Of a stretch of DNA of 64,000 nucleotides, positions 53,176 through 64,000 are shown piece after piece; the first letter of the stretch is position 1, and the number at the start of each line of letters is the position of its first letter. Origin of the DNA: Stylophora pistillata (taxonomy: Eukaryota); contig NW_019218510.1 of the NCBI RefSeq assembly GCF_002571385.2, forward strand, positions 57,526 through 121,525. Reading direction: 5' to 3'. Below the pieces are notes generated by a model. It was not told the origin of the DNA, ran no database searches, and saw nothing but the letters and a program-made list of their open reading frames with translations. The translations under genes were made by a program, and so were the position numbers.

Positions 53176-54346
53176 AATTTTGCTACTTTTCGGCGACCAT
53201 CGTAAAAACCCGCGCTTTTGCTAAAAGTCACNNNNNNNNNNNNNNNNNNNNNTACTGCATTCCACACGTGCGTTAACAGATTATTGCACAACTTCCACCA
53301 GTGAGAAAATGAGTACGAAGGAATGCAAAATCATCTTCATAAATGTCAACAATCATTCACGGTTGTCAAGACTTAGCAACTATTCAAAAAAGCGTTTTTC
53401 AGTCTCAAAATGATTACATTTTTCTTTAACCTCGGCCCAATAGGTTTTTGACAGTTTACACAGGTTTGGAAGAAAAGACGAGGCGCTGTGAAAGATGTGT
53501 GTGTGGACCGGAACTGTTTAGTTTTAGCAACTCAAGATTGTGAAAGCTTAAGTTTCCAGAAGTCTTTAATTAACCAAAACAAAATTCCAAAGATGATATG
53601 TGGATGGATACCTAAACCAGTTACTGTGTGGGGAGTAAATGGTTATACGAAGTAAATAGAGATCTTTATTTTCTTCTCAGAGGGCACGGTAATAAATCCT
53701 GCAATCTGATTGGTTCTTGGGGCAGTCAGTATTTTCCTATCTCTGCCCACGGGTACGGTAATTGCTCTCGGGAGGTTTCGTGGGTGTTTGTTCTCAACAA
53801 TTGAAAAAGTTTTGAGAGATGAGAAAAAAATAAATATTATTTACCGTCAAAGGGTCGGTCCGTGTGGTGAAAAACTGTGGGCCACCGGCAGCATTTTCAA
53901 GACCTCGGTCACCGTTTTTAACAATACTGACCTCCCAGCCGGCAAATAACATATATAGTGTGAAAAATACATTTAAAATAATTAAAAAGATAGGAGTTTT
54001 CAGAATTCATTAAACATAAAATAAAACATGAGGGAGAATTTCCGAACATACTTGGAAAACACCGGGCTCTGGGGTCTGTGGACAACATAAAAGAAAACTG
54101 AATATAATTATGTTATTTTAACAGCCTCTTCATAAAATACTTTATTCGCAAGTGCCGGAAATCTCAGTTGGAAAACAAATCATCTCTTTTGCTTTGTGGA
54201 AAGTTTTTCAATATTTCAATGATCGCGTTCTGTTGCAGCTTTGTTAAATCTCTCTTTATGATGTTGGTAGTTCCGTCTTTTGCAGTACAACCTTTGTTTG
54301 AGCAAAAATCTGGCAAACTTCCTATTGCCTGTCTGGTCCACCCATT

Positions 54347-54427
54347 CTCAGTGGTAACCGTATGGTTACTCAGTGGTAACCGTATGGTTACTCAGTGGTA
54401 ACCGTATGGTTACTCAGTGGTAACCGT
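54347..54427. repeat. 22-bp tandem repeat with internal palindrome
   Basis: CTCAGTGGTAACCGTATGGTTA x3.7. Confidence 0.95.
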
Positions 54428-54534
54428 GCATGTACCAAAGGCGGTATGGATACTATTGACACGGTTTGCTACGACATTTTAAAAAACTTGGCTTAGAGTG
54501 CTTAGAACCTTCTCATTATTTTTTGTTTCTTTAA

Positions 54535-55275
54535 GAAAACATAGGATTCTCGAGGCAGATAGAAACAGAAACCTTCAAATACCTCAGGAGGTTACAGCCA
54601 GCTCCGGAGGTTACATCAAAGTTCAAGGAACAAGAAAACTCGACTGCCCAGCAAGTCTGCAAGTACGAGCCATACAGTTGTACACTGATTATACTTTAGA
54701 ATCTAAAGAGTGCTCCTCAAAGAAAGGTAGAAGGAAGGCAAAAGCTGGGATTCTCAAGCAATTAAAGGATGACATGCAGACGGGAAAGCGCCTAAGAACG
54801 ACAACAAAATTCTATTTCAGGCTTCCCAGTTAGTACAGCACAAAAAGTACATCCTGTCGGTGAGGTCACCACAGTAGGTCATTCCATCCCTCCGAAAATC
54901 ACAAGCAAGATCCGCGAGCTAGTTAGTGAAAATATAACTACTCCAGATGTGGTACGGAAATGCTTGGAGCAGTACATCGACAATGTTTAGAAGTCATGAA
55001 GGTCATCAGAAACCCCGAAAGTCGAACCGAACATATTACCCCAGTCGCCAGGATTTGCGAAGTCATATCGCACGAGCAATCAGCAACAGCAAATACTGCG
55101 GTGATGACCAAGAGTCACTAGAGCGCAAAATTGAGCAATGGAGGTGTGACTCCCCATCATCCAAGTTCTACTTTAGGACAAGGGATGAGATCAAGGATGG
55201 CGGCCACGAGACAAAGTTTATGTTCGTACACTACGAAGAACGGCAGCGGAGGCTTCTCCTCAGGTATAGCAAAGA
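54535..55275 (+). mobile_element. CaRF(ALS2CR8)-like domain leading into the start of a MULE-type transposase, pseudogene
   Basis: KVQGTRKLDCPASLQVR..KIRELV..NRTYYPSRQDLRSHI..DDQESLERKIEQW..FYFR..FMFVHYEERQRRLLLRY. Confidence 0.65.
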
Positions 55276-56184
55276 TTTTAGATAACAAGGAATCTACTCA
55301 TGTCTACATTGATCCTATTCATGAAAACAAACATCCTACTGAAATAACAGCAGCTTCCAATCCCAGCCTGTACAGACTTGTAAATAACATATGGTGAGTT
55401 GCTGTATTCCCAGCACGACCCAGTGTTTCATTTTTGTGAGAGTTAAGAATGGCCATTGTACTGGCCACATTGTCTTTATGATTTTTCAGCTTTATTGGGT
55501 GATTTAGTGACTTTGTGTAGCATAAACTTAACTGAACCTAACTTAATAGTTAATTCTATCAATCACTAAGAATTAATATTAAGACAATGTTCATAACTCA
55601 TTTTTGCAGCTATAGCCAATAGCACTAATTAAAATGGTTGCAATATTTTTGTAGTGCGGCTGCTGACACTAAAACAGGCTGGTCAAGTAAAGAGTGAGCA
55701 TGCCTTGAACCACCCCATTTTCAGCAAACTGATGGATTCACTGTGGAGTACTTGTTTGTGTGGTTATCTTTAGAGTGGTATAAAGCATTAGATAAGTGAG
55801 CTCATCAGTGCCAATATCATCAATATCTTTAAAATTAAACAGTTAAAATAACATGATCTCATTCCATAGCAGTTTTTAAAGAAACATAATCAGAATATTT
55901 ACATTTTTACATCAACCAACCTTACATCATATATAATATAACTGTAAGATCTATCTTTAGTTTGCCAGGAACTTGTGTGATAACAGACCAATCAGAAAGG
56001 TCAATGATTCTATTGAGAGAATGAAGCTTCTATCCAACCTTCCTGGCAGCTGTTACAGTGACATTTTGAGGTACAATAATTATGCTTTTCTTATTATTAC
56101 AATCACCCCTGTGTATTGTTTTTAATCCCAAATAACAAATTGAGAATTAAGCAATTATTTTGGACTTTAACTTCACTTTTTGAC

Positions 56185-56337
56185 AGTGGAAGGGATGTTC
56201 TTGTTTTCAAGGTGTTTCACATGGATGACAATGAAGACTGGCTTGGCTGCGAGAGATGTGGACAGTTCTTCCATGCTAGTTGTTTGGAAGTAAACTTTGC
56301 CACAGCATTGCAAGATCCTTTCTTTTGTTGTCAATGA
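56185..56337 (+). pseudogene. PHD-finger terminal exon fragment
   Basis: EDWLGCERCGQFFHASCL..PFFCCQ*. Confidence 0.55.
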
Positions 56338-58994
56338 TCATACACTTAAAATACACACAAATAGCAACCTATTTGGGAGTCTTCTTTTCATTTTTGAAAG
56401 TATATGATGGAATTGGGGCTCAGCTTGTTGAAATTTATATTTGAGGAAAAAAATTGTTCGAAAGTGTATTTTCTAAAGTAAGCTTTATAATTTAAAGCAT
56501 ATTTTTTCAAATAATATGTAGTAAAAGGGCCTAAGAGGTGTACTGTTAACAGAAAAATCATTTAGGTCAGTCAAAATTTGACTGACTGAAATATGTGATC
56601 AGTAGTACTTCTTTGTTATAGTCACAGCAAATGTTCCTTGATTTAGGCACTCATTTGCTGAGAAACTCATGAAATAGATATGTCATGTTCATTAACCATC
56701 CTTTTGGACAAGAACTGAGGAACTAACAATTTCAGAAACTATAGTCATAAAGAAAGAAAGAAAGAACCAAAAGGCACACAAACAAGCAAAAGATAAAATA
56801 CAAAACAAGAACTTACTGAAGACAAAATTGAAGACACATTTTCAGAAGCTGGTGATAAAATGTCCTCTTTTACACTGTGCCTTCCAATCTGATTGATAAA
56901 CCATTTACCAACCATTTACAAGACTAATGGCTGAGTCATTAACCTGTAAAAAATATTATGGAATTGGAGTTGACAATAAAATTTAGAAGGTTGGGTTCAA
57001 AATAATTCGTAACTATATGCTGTTAATGAAAAAAGAAAACCCCACTGTATTTCATGTATTACACAATTGTCACTAGTTTGTGTATAAACACTTTCTTTCC
57101 TAATTTCAAAAGCAATTCCCAGGATCTGAGAGTTATGTGGTGGGGGACCGGGGGGTGGGGACCCATGAGAATAGGGGATGGGAGGTATACTGGAGGCAAG
57201 ACCTGGGTAAAAGTTTAGCAAAATTGCATAAACTTTTGCAATGAAAATAAAACATAGTGGCAAGACCCATTAAATAAGGGTATGGGAATTGGGATGTTCA
57301 GACCCCTCTGTCCACTCCCCCTCCCTGCAGTAATTTGAAATCCAAGTTTTCCCAGCTCATGCAGTCACACTTGAGCCCCCTTCACCGACCCAAACTGTTT
57401 TTGTGAAGGACCTGCTCTACACCATGACTAATTACTAATATGAAACTATTACATTTCCTTTTGCAATTAGGACTACCTTACTGGCCAGCTCCTAAAAGCT
57501 GCATATTTTTTACGATAACCATGTTTACCTGATTTTAGTTTTAACGGATGTCACCTACTAAGTTTTCACTGGGCCAGTAGACTGTTAAACAGACGAACCT
57601 GTCCCGGGTGATAACTGCAAAGTATAAATGGCCCATTTGCTCAGCTTTTTTACTGTATTAAAAATTTTACGCGGCAAAGTTCTGCAGTTGTCTAATAAAG
57701 CATTCCTTTTAACCCATGTTCTTACCTCCTCTTTTAATCTACCCTTCAATTTTCCTTTTCTTAACGTAAATTGTGGCAAAATACGGCAAGGTTTCGGCTT
57801 CGGAACCCAGCTGATCAGAGAAGAGAAATCAATTATACCGCTGGTTGACTGCAGGCAGATGCTCGTACCATTACTGAAGTTAGACGACCGCTGACACGAT
57901 AAGAGTATATATCCTTGCTAAACACGATATCCCCCTAAAATTAACGATCTCGTCCCTGAATGAAGGATTATCATAACTTCTCAAAAGTGACAAAATGAAG
58001 TGTAATCATTCAACATCGAGATGACCGTGAGTCCAACGGTAGACTGGAGATACTATGGTAGCGCAAGTCACAAAGTGAAAACTGGCGGCGAAGAAGGCGT
58101 CCAAGAACAAAGATGATCTCGATGCTCTGCCACAAGAAGCAACAAGTTTGTTTGGAGAAAAAGAAATATCACGGAAGAGGAAAAAAGGTCGGAGTGATTT
58201 GGAATTTTATAGGGACTCCACCACTGGTTTGAGGATATACAAGCACAAGTATCGGCCTCGCGAAAAAAAGGTGACGAATACGTCGCTCTGCAGTGCAACA
58301 GAAGAAGGTGAATTTACAATATTTTTATCTGTTGCAACACGATATCCCCCTAAAATTAACGAATACAGTTAATTGTCAAAACGTCTTAAATTTACTGGAA
58401 TGATTAATCCAATATTCCAAACAAGCTGCTGGCCATGTTGCCTTAACAAAGCTCATGGACGTTTTATTTGACTCAAACCTTATAGATGGCGATCCCAGTT
58501 TAGATTTGGGAGATGATGATGTACAACCTACATGTCATGAGATGTCACCACCAACAATTGTCAAGCGTAAGTTTTGTTTGGGACAGAATGTCCTTTTATC
58601 CAAACACCTGCCATACAACTGTTTTTCACAACATCCCACTTTAATGTGGATCAATCACTTTAATGTACATCAATCACTTTAATGAGATCAATCGTTTCTC
58701 ATGCAAAGGTAATGATAAATTTCTAATAATGACTGGAAAAATATTGGGGGTCACTATGCTCGTTATCCACCTATAGATCTCAAGGCAAGTCTGCTATATT
58801 TTCAAGGTGTACATGCACGAGCATGCACTAATGATGCTTTTAACTATGCGCACAAAGGGATGCACAAATGTGAGGAATCACCTTAAGCTTATTTAATAAG
58901 GCATTCTTGGGACAACTTGATTTAATGAAGTAAATGGGGAGTGTAAAGAAAGAGAGTTTATTTTTTGTAGGGTTGTACATTTCCTTTTCTGCCT

Positions 58995-59355
58995 CCCAGC
59001 TAGCTCAATTGGTTAGAGTGCCGGATTGTGTTGTGCAGGAGGTCGAGGGTTCGAGCCCTGGCCGGACCAATACTCATGGTCTTAAAATAAGTGAGGAGAA
59101 TTTGCTACCTTTCTATAATATCAAGAAATGGATAGATATTCTAGTCTTCTCGGATAAGGAAGAATAAACCGTAGGCCCTGTCTCCTGCAGGGCTAGGGGT
59201 AGGAGACGTTAATTTCCCACGCACAAGATTACTGTGTGGTGGATGTCCTCCCCTGGGTGGGATAGGAAGGGAAGGTGAGATCGTTACATGGACTGAAGCG
59301 GCTGCCAGAGGCGCCTAATAATGCTGACGTCCGATCTCAACCTTATCATTGTAAC
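58995..59355 (+). mobile_element. tRNA-derived SINE
   Basis: A box TAGCTCAATTGG, B box GGTTCGAGCCC, long non-tRNA body. Confidence 0.75.
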
Positions 59356-59526
59356 TAGACACGTTTGTTGTGTAGAGTGCTTAAGACTTTCTTCTTTCTT
59401 CTTTCTTTTCCATGTTGCCAGGTCTCAATCTTTGTTAAAAAGAAAGTTGGTGAAATTACAGACTAACTGGCATTGAAAAGAAGGGGTGCTAAATTATGTA
59501 AATAAATTATGGTCATGAATAGAAGA

Positions 59527-59688
59527 ACGGCCTGCTCCCAGTTGGCTTGTTAGCTCAATTGGTAGAGCGCTGCACTAGTATCGCAGAGGTCAGTGGTTCG
59601 AGTCCCGTACAGGCCTGATTTTTTTCAGGTCTGATTTTCGCTATTGCTTAAATAGCGCTATCTACTGCGAGGATCGTGCATCATATGT
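59527..59688 (+). mobile_element. Insertion containing a tRNA-Thr(AGT)-like pseudo-tRNA (59544-59616)
   Basis: Cloverleaf with paired acceptor and D stems and a mismatched T stem. 12-bp TSD ATGAATAGAAGA at 59515-59526 and 59689-59700. Confidence 0.75.
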
Positions 59689-59702
59689 ATGAATAGAAGA
59701 GT

Positions 59703-62700
59703 TGGAGATTCCTAGGCGTAGAAAATACTTTCAATCCTGGTTTTAAAAAACACACTCCCGACAAATTAATTCCATGTGCTCACAACATTTTCATCTAGTT
59801 CCAGTCCCCCTCACAGGGTGGCGCCTGGCGCTTACAAAACAGCAAACAAATAAGAAATCGCATGTCCATCCTCCCCCCCAAAGAGCGGCTCCGGGTCCTC
59901 AGCTCTTCTCTCGGGCTTGTACTCTGACTGGCCAGCGACATTCAATGGGCACAGCCTAGTTATCAGGCGTATAAACTTCTGGCCCCTTGTGCTCACTTGG
60001 ACGACAGGCACCTGTCCATCCTGACCTGGGAACACCTCTTTCACTCGACCCAGATGCCACTGACCGCGTGGAGCATTCTGATCAACGACAAGCACTACAT
60101 CCCCAACCTTCAGGTCTCCTTTGGCCTCTCTCCATTTCTTTCGGGTGCTAAGTGTTGAGAGATACTCTTCTCTCCAGCACTTCCAGAACAATCTCACCAG
60201 GTTCTGAATCAGTCTCCATTGGTTCCTGGGATTAAACGCGATGTCATCGGCAACTTGAGGTGCTAGTTGTCCTCCTAGCTGCCCAACTAGGAAGTGGTTA
60301 GGTGTCAACACTGGCTCATCTCGCGGGTCAGCTCCTTCATACGTCAATACCATCGTTTGCTATTTCTGAGACATGTCCAACAATTGTCCATCCAAGTGGT
60401 GTCTTTATCCCTACAGGCTCCCCTCGCTTTCCTGTGCGATGTTCAAGTGGTAGAAGAAGTTCCTCATAATATTCACTTCCAATCAGTACATCGACTTCTC
60501 GATGTTCAACTGGCTTCTCTATCTCCAAATCACGAAGATGGTCTAGTTTCCTTGCATTGGGTGACCAGTCAACTGCTGTCATTTCACAAATTTTGTGGGT
60601 TTTCCACAGAAATACACACTTCTTAATGCTCCCATCTACACTTTCTAGGTGCACAGTTACAGTTTTGCTATCTGTGACAATTGACCTTGCTCAAAAAACA
60701 GCCACACGTAGTGGTTTACGCTCAGCATCCAAACCCAATATACCAGCAATCTCCTCCTTTAGGTAGGACGATCCAGAACCACCATCAAGAAAGGCGTTTG
60801 CTCTGATCTTTATTCCATTTTTCCCTTCCAGAATTACGGGTATCATCTGCAGGGCTACTCTTCCGGGGCATGGCACACTTTCTTCAGTCACTCCACAGGT
60901 TGTATGATTAGTTTGCACACCGGTTACTGACATTTCTCCTGCAGCTGCTTGCGGGGGATGGAATGCCTCAGCCATTGGATTTAACTGTGCCAGGGTTATG
61001 ACTGCATGAAGTTGTGGGTGGTGTCTTCGCAAACATCCTTCCACTGGACACGTTCCTTTCAGCGAGCAACGTTCAATTCAATGTCCTCTTTTGAGGCAAC
61101 GAAAGCACAGACCCAACTTTTTTGCTAATTCCCATCGTTCATTTACAGCTAACTTCTTCCAAGTCTGACATGATGTCAGTACATGTTCTCCCTTGCACAC
61201 AAAACATTCCGCTTTCGCTCCTGAATTTGCATGAGTGTCATTCCACACATCCCTCTTTTCTTGAACCTCTTGGGTTTGTTTGAATTTGCCTTGGGTTTCT
61301 CTTGTGCAGAACTCTCCTTAGTACTGGCAAAACCAAAAGCCATCTCTTGGACTTGAACCTCTGTCTTCAGCCACTCATCAATATTATTAAGGTCAACTTC
61401 CTTTAGCTGCAGCTCTAACTTTCACCTGCTCCACCTAACAGCCATTTTCGGAGGCAACTTTGTAACAATCTGCTGCAAATTAGCTGCTGCTCCTAAATCT
61501 GCTTCATGACCATAAGTCTTCAGTGTTCTCACAATGGTGTGCAAGTCATCAACAAACAATCTCAAACTTGACATGTTTTCATCCTGAACTGCTGGTATCT
61601 CCAGAAACTTATTGATCAGAGAATTTGAAATAAGGGCGGGTTTCCAAATCGTTGAGTTAACTCTGCAATGGCCTTTTCATATAATTTATTGTACCATCAA
61701 AAAACATCCCAGCTATGGCTTTTTCAGCAGTTCCTTTAACTGATCCTTTGAGATAGATCATTTTCTGTGTTTTGGAAAGCGGTTGATCATGCACTAAAGC
61801 TTTAAACATGCCATACCAGTTTGGCCACACACAAGGATCTCCATCAAATGCTGGTAAGTTAAGTTTAGGGAGTGAAGTCAACATTGCTGACTTTGAAAAG
61901 ACAGACTGTGAGAAACCGACATTTCTTTCTTTGCCAAGTAAATGCTTAGAAATGTCATTCTCTTTCTCTTCATCCATCTCCCCTTCCTCAGGGCTCACTG
62001 TTTTCAACCATTTCTTAACTTTCTCTTTGGAGTCCCTAATATCACTCGTGGGTACATCTTGCTTGACCTGGGGCGTTGTCTCAATCTTTACATTATCCCC
62101 TCCCACTGAGTTATCCTCAAAATCTTTCATGCGATCAGATAAACTATATTCATCAAACTCTTCTTTTAACAGTAATGCCTCAATTTCCTTCCTACCTGCC
62201 TCATGTTCAGCTTCCTGAGTTACTAGTTCTGCTTCAAACTGTGCTTTCTGTGCTGCAATCTTAGCTTCCAGTTGAGCTTTCTCTTTAAGTTGCTTCACTT
62301 TCAGTTTAGCTAAATCAGCTTCCCTAGCCACTGCTCTTGCATGTTCTCAGGACACAGAAGAGGTCGTTTTGCTGCTACTTTTCTTGCTTTTGTGACCCAG
62401 GCTGATGATTGAACAGTTTTCAGTTTTGTTCGGTCCGATTTTTAGCTGTTTCTGGCTTGATGTGAGCTTTTGAGACCTTTTCACTAGTGTGAGTTTTGAC
62501 TTCACGATACTTAACAGTTTTACAAATCAGTTCCTCTACAAGTGCTTGGGACTCCAATAACCATGTATCTGCTTCCTGCAGTTCCTCATCATTACCACAC
62601 AAGGCTTGAAATTCTCCATGATTCTCGATCAATTGATCCCATGCTCAATTTAGTTGAGTACATGCAAGCTCAATTAACTTACAGTCTTTTTGTTCCTTGA

Positions 62701-63144
62701 GGTACTCCCTTATGATATCCATCTTCTGTGTCAAATTCCCTCGCATCGACTTTCTTCTGTTCTTGATTTTCTGGAGTTTGTTTTGACCGGGGACTTCGGT
62801 GTAATTGCTCAAATACCGCGGCAGGTTCCTTTCATGTGTCACGATTTCGCTTCGCTCATCCATATCTGACACTTCCATCTGCGATTTTGCCGATTTCTCC
62901 GCCATGCTTCGATTCTACATAGGTATAATCCAAAAGCCAACGTAATTCTATTGTATCCGGCGCTCAAAGGACCACTATGGAGATTCCTAGGCGTGGAAAA
63001 TTCTTTCAATCCCGGTTTTAAATAACACACTCCCGACAAATTAATTCCATGTGCTCACAACACTTTCATCTAGTTCCAGTCCTCGCACACGGGGTAGCGC
63101 CTGGCACTTACAAAACAGCAAACAAATAAGAAATCGCTTGTCCA
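59703..63144 (-). mobile_element. BEL/Pao LTR element, internally deleted (gag + protease + integrase C-tail only)
   Basis: LTRs 59703-59868 and 62978-63144; 5-bp TSD AGAGT on both sides; PBS TGGTCCTTTGAGC (tRNA-Tyr-like) at ~62962-62974; PPT at 59869-59879. Gag LPKLNLPAFDGDPCVW, protease AFLDGGSGSSY, integrase tail LTPNHFL..PRGQWHLGRV. Confidence 0.93.
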
Positions 63145-63226
63145 AGAGTTTTCTTCATTTATTGTGGTGAATGTACCAGTATCTATTGATGCACATTGTG
63201 ACTAAATATTATTTTTTGTTTCATAG

Positions 63227-63966
63227 AAGATGACCTCGAAGCTGCACTTGCAAAATGTGAAGAGGTCCTTTCCACATTTTAAATTACATCTTCCAAAAAT
63301 TGGGAAACACAGATGTCTAATTTGACCTCTAGTTGGGACAAAATCAGGAAGCAGCTAATAGAGGCAGTCCTTAGCTGAGAGAGCCTCCCCTCTCCAGACA
63401 TTTGCAGCATTTGTTTGGAAGGCAAAGTCTGTGTACGATGTGTTGAGTGCCCAAAACAGTTTATGTGCCATTAATGTGATGAGAAGGTTCACAAGTATTT
63501 GCCTTTTCATGACAGAGATATGTAAATGGGCACTTTCATGCTATTCCCCCAACTGTTGGAGTTGATGGAAAAGGTTATCATGAAATAATAGGTAATCTCA
63601 CAATATGTCCATTTTTTTATTGAATTATTATTTTCACTTCATATGCTTAATTATACATTTTTTTAAACCACCATATTCAAATCGAACTTAGCATAAGCAA
63701 GTAAAGGTGGATGGAGACACATCCAACACATATTAATTAGCATTAAAGTCATAGGTGGTTTCTTAGAGAAATTTATGATGATGATGAGTATGTTATATCA
63801 CAATGCAAAACAACATTTTTAATGTAGCTTTGCTTCTCTCTTTTCTTCAGATAAGTCCTTTCCAGTCCCTAATATACCAGATCATTGTTCAAGTTGTAAA
63901 GAGGCTGGATTCATACAACAAGTTCCATCTTCTGGTTTCTTTATAATAGTTAATGAAAAACTTAAG
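63227..63966 (+). mobile_element. KDZ-type (CxC3-associated) transposase N-terminal exons, pseudogene
   Basis: Exon 63227-63591: CSIC..CVRCVEC..MCH*CDEKVHKYLPFHDR. Exon 63851-63966: PDHCSSC..IIVN. Canonical AG/GT borders. Confidence 0.55.
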
Positions 63967-64000
63967 GTAATAGTGTCTGTTTGCTTAAACTGTCCTGGAA

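Noticed and set aside
59544-59616. Functional tRNA-Thr gene
   Set aside because: Two T-stem mismatches, one anticodon-stem mismatch, and it lies within a TSD-flanked insertion.

Overview
AT-rich eukaryotic draft-assembly DNA with several N gaps. The repeat repertoire suggests a marine invertebrate, probably an anthozoan or stony coral; this is inference from recalled repeat families. No intact host protein-coding gene, rRNA, genuine tRNA or CRISPR array is visible. The window is a dense, nested transposon graveyard. LTR retroelements: three BEL/Pao (one reduced to gag+protease with both LTRs, PBS, PPT and a 5-bp TSD) and Gypsy remnants. Tyrosine-recombinase elements: one structurally complete DIRS1-like element (ITR/ICR termini) and a second DIRS 5' fragment. 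Non-LTR: several LINE pieces (L2/CR1-like, L1/Tx1-like), three Penelope-like pieces (one with a truncated hammerhead core) and tRNA-derived SINEs. DNA elements: a Helitron/Helentron remnant, and IS3EU-, Sola3-, ISL2EU-, pogo-, hAT-, MULE(CaRF)- and KDZ(CxC3)-like transposase relics, plus several MITEs. Almost all coding regions are disrupted by stops or frameshifts. A recurring theme is ubiquitin-system or chromatin domains (herpes-tegument-like DUB, HECT, CUE, PHD) beside or inside DNA-transposon relics. Family names come from manual motif recognition, not database searches.
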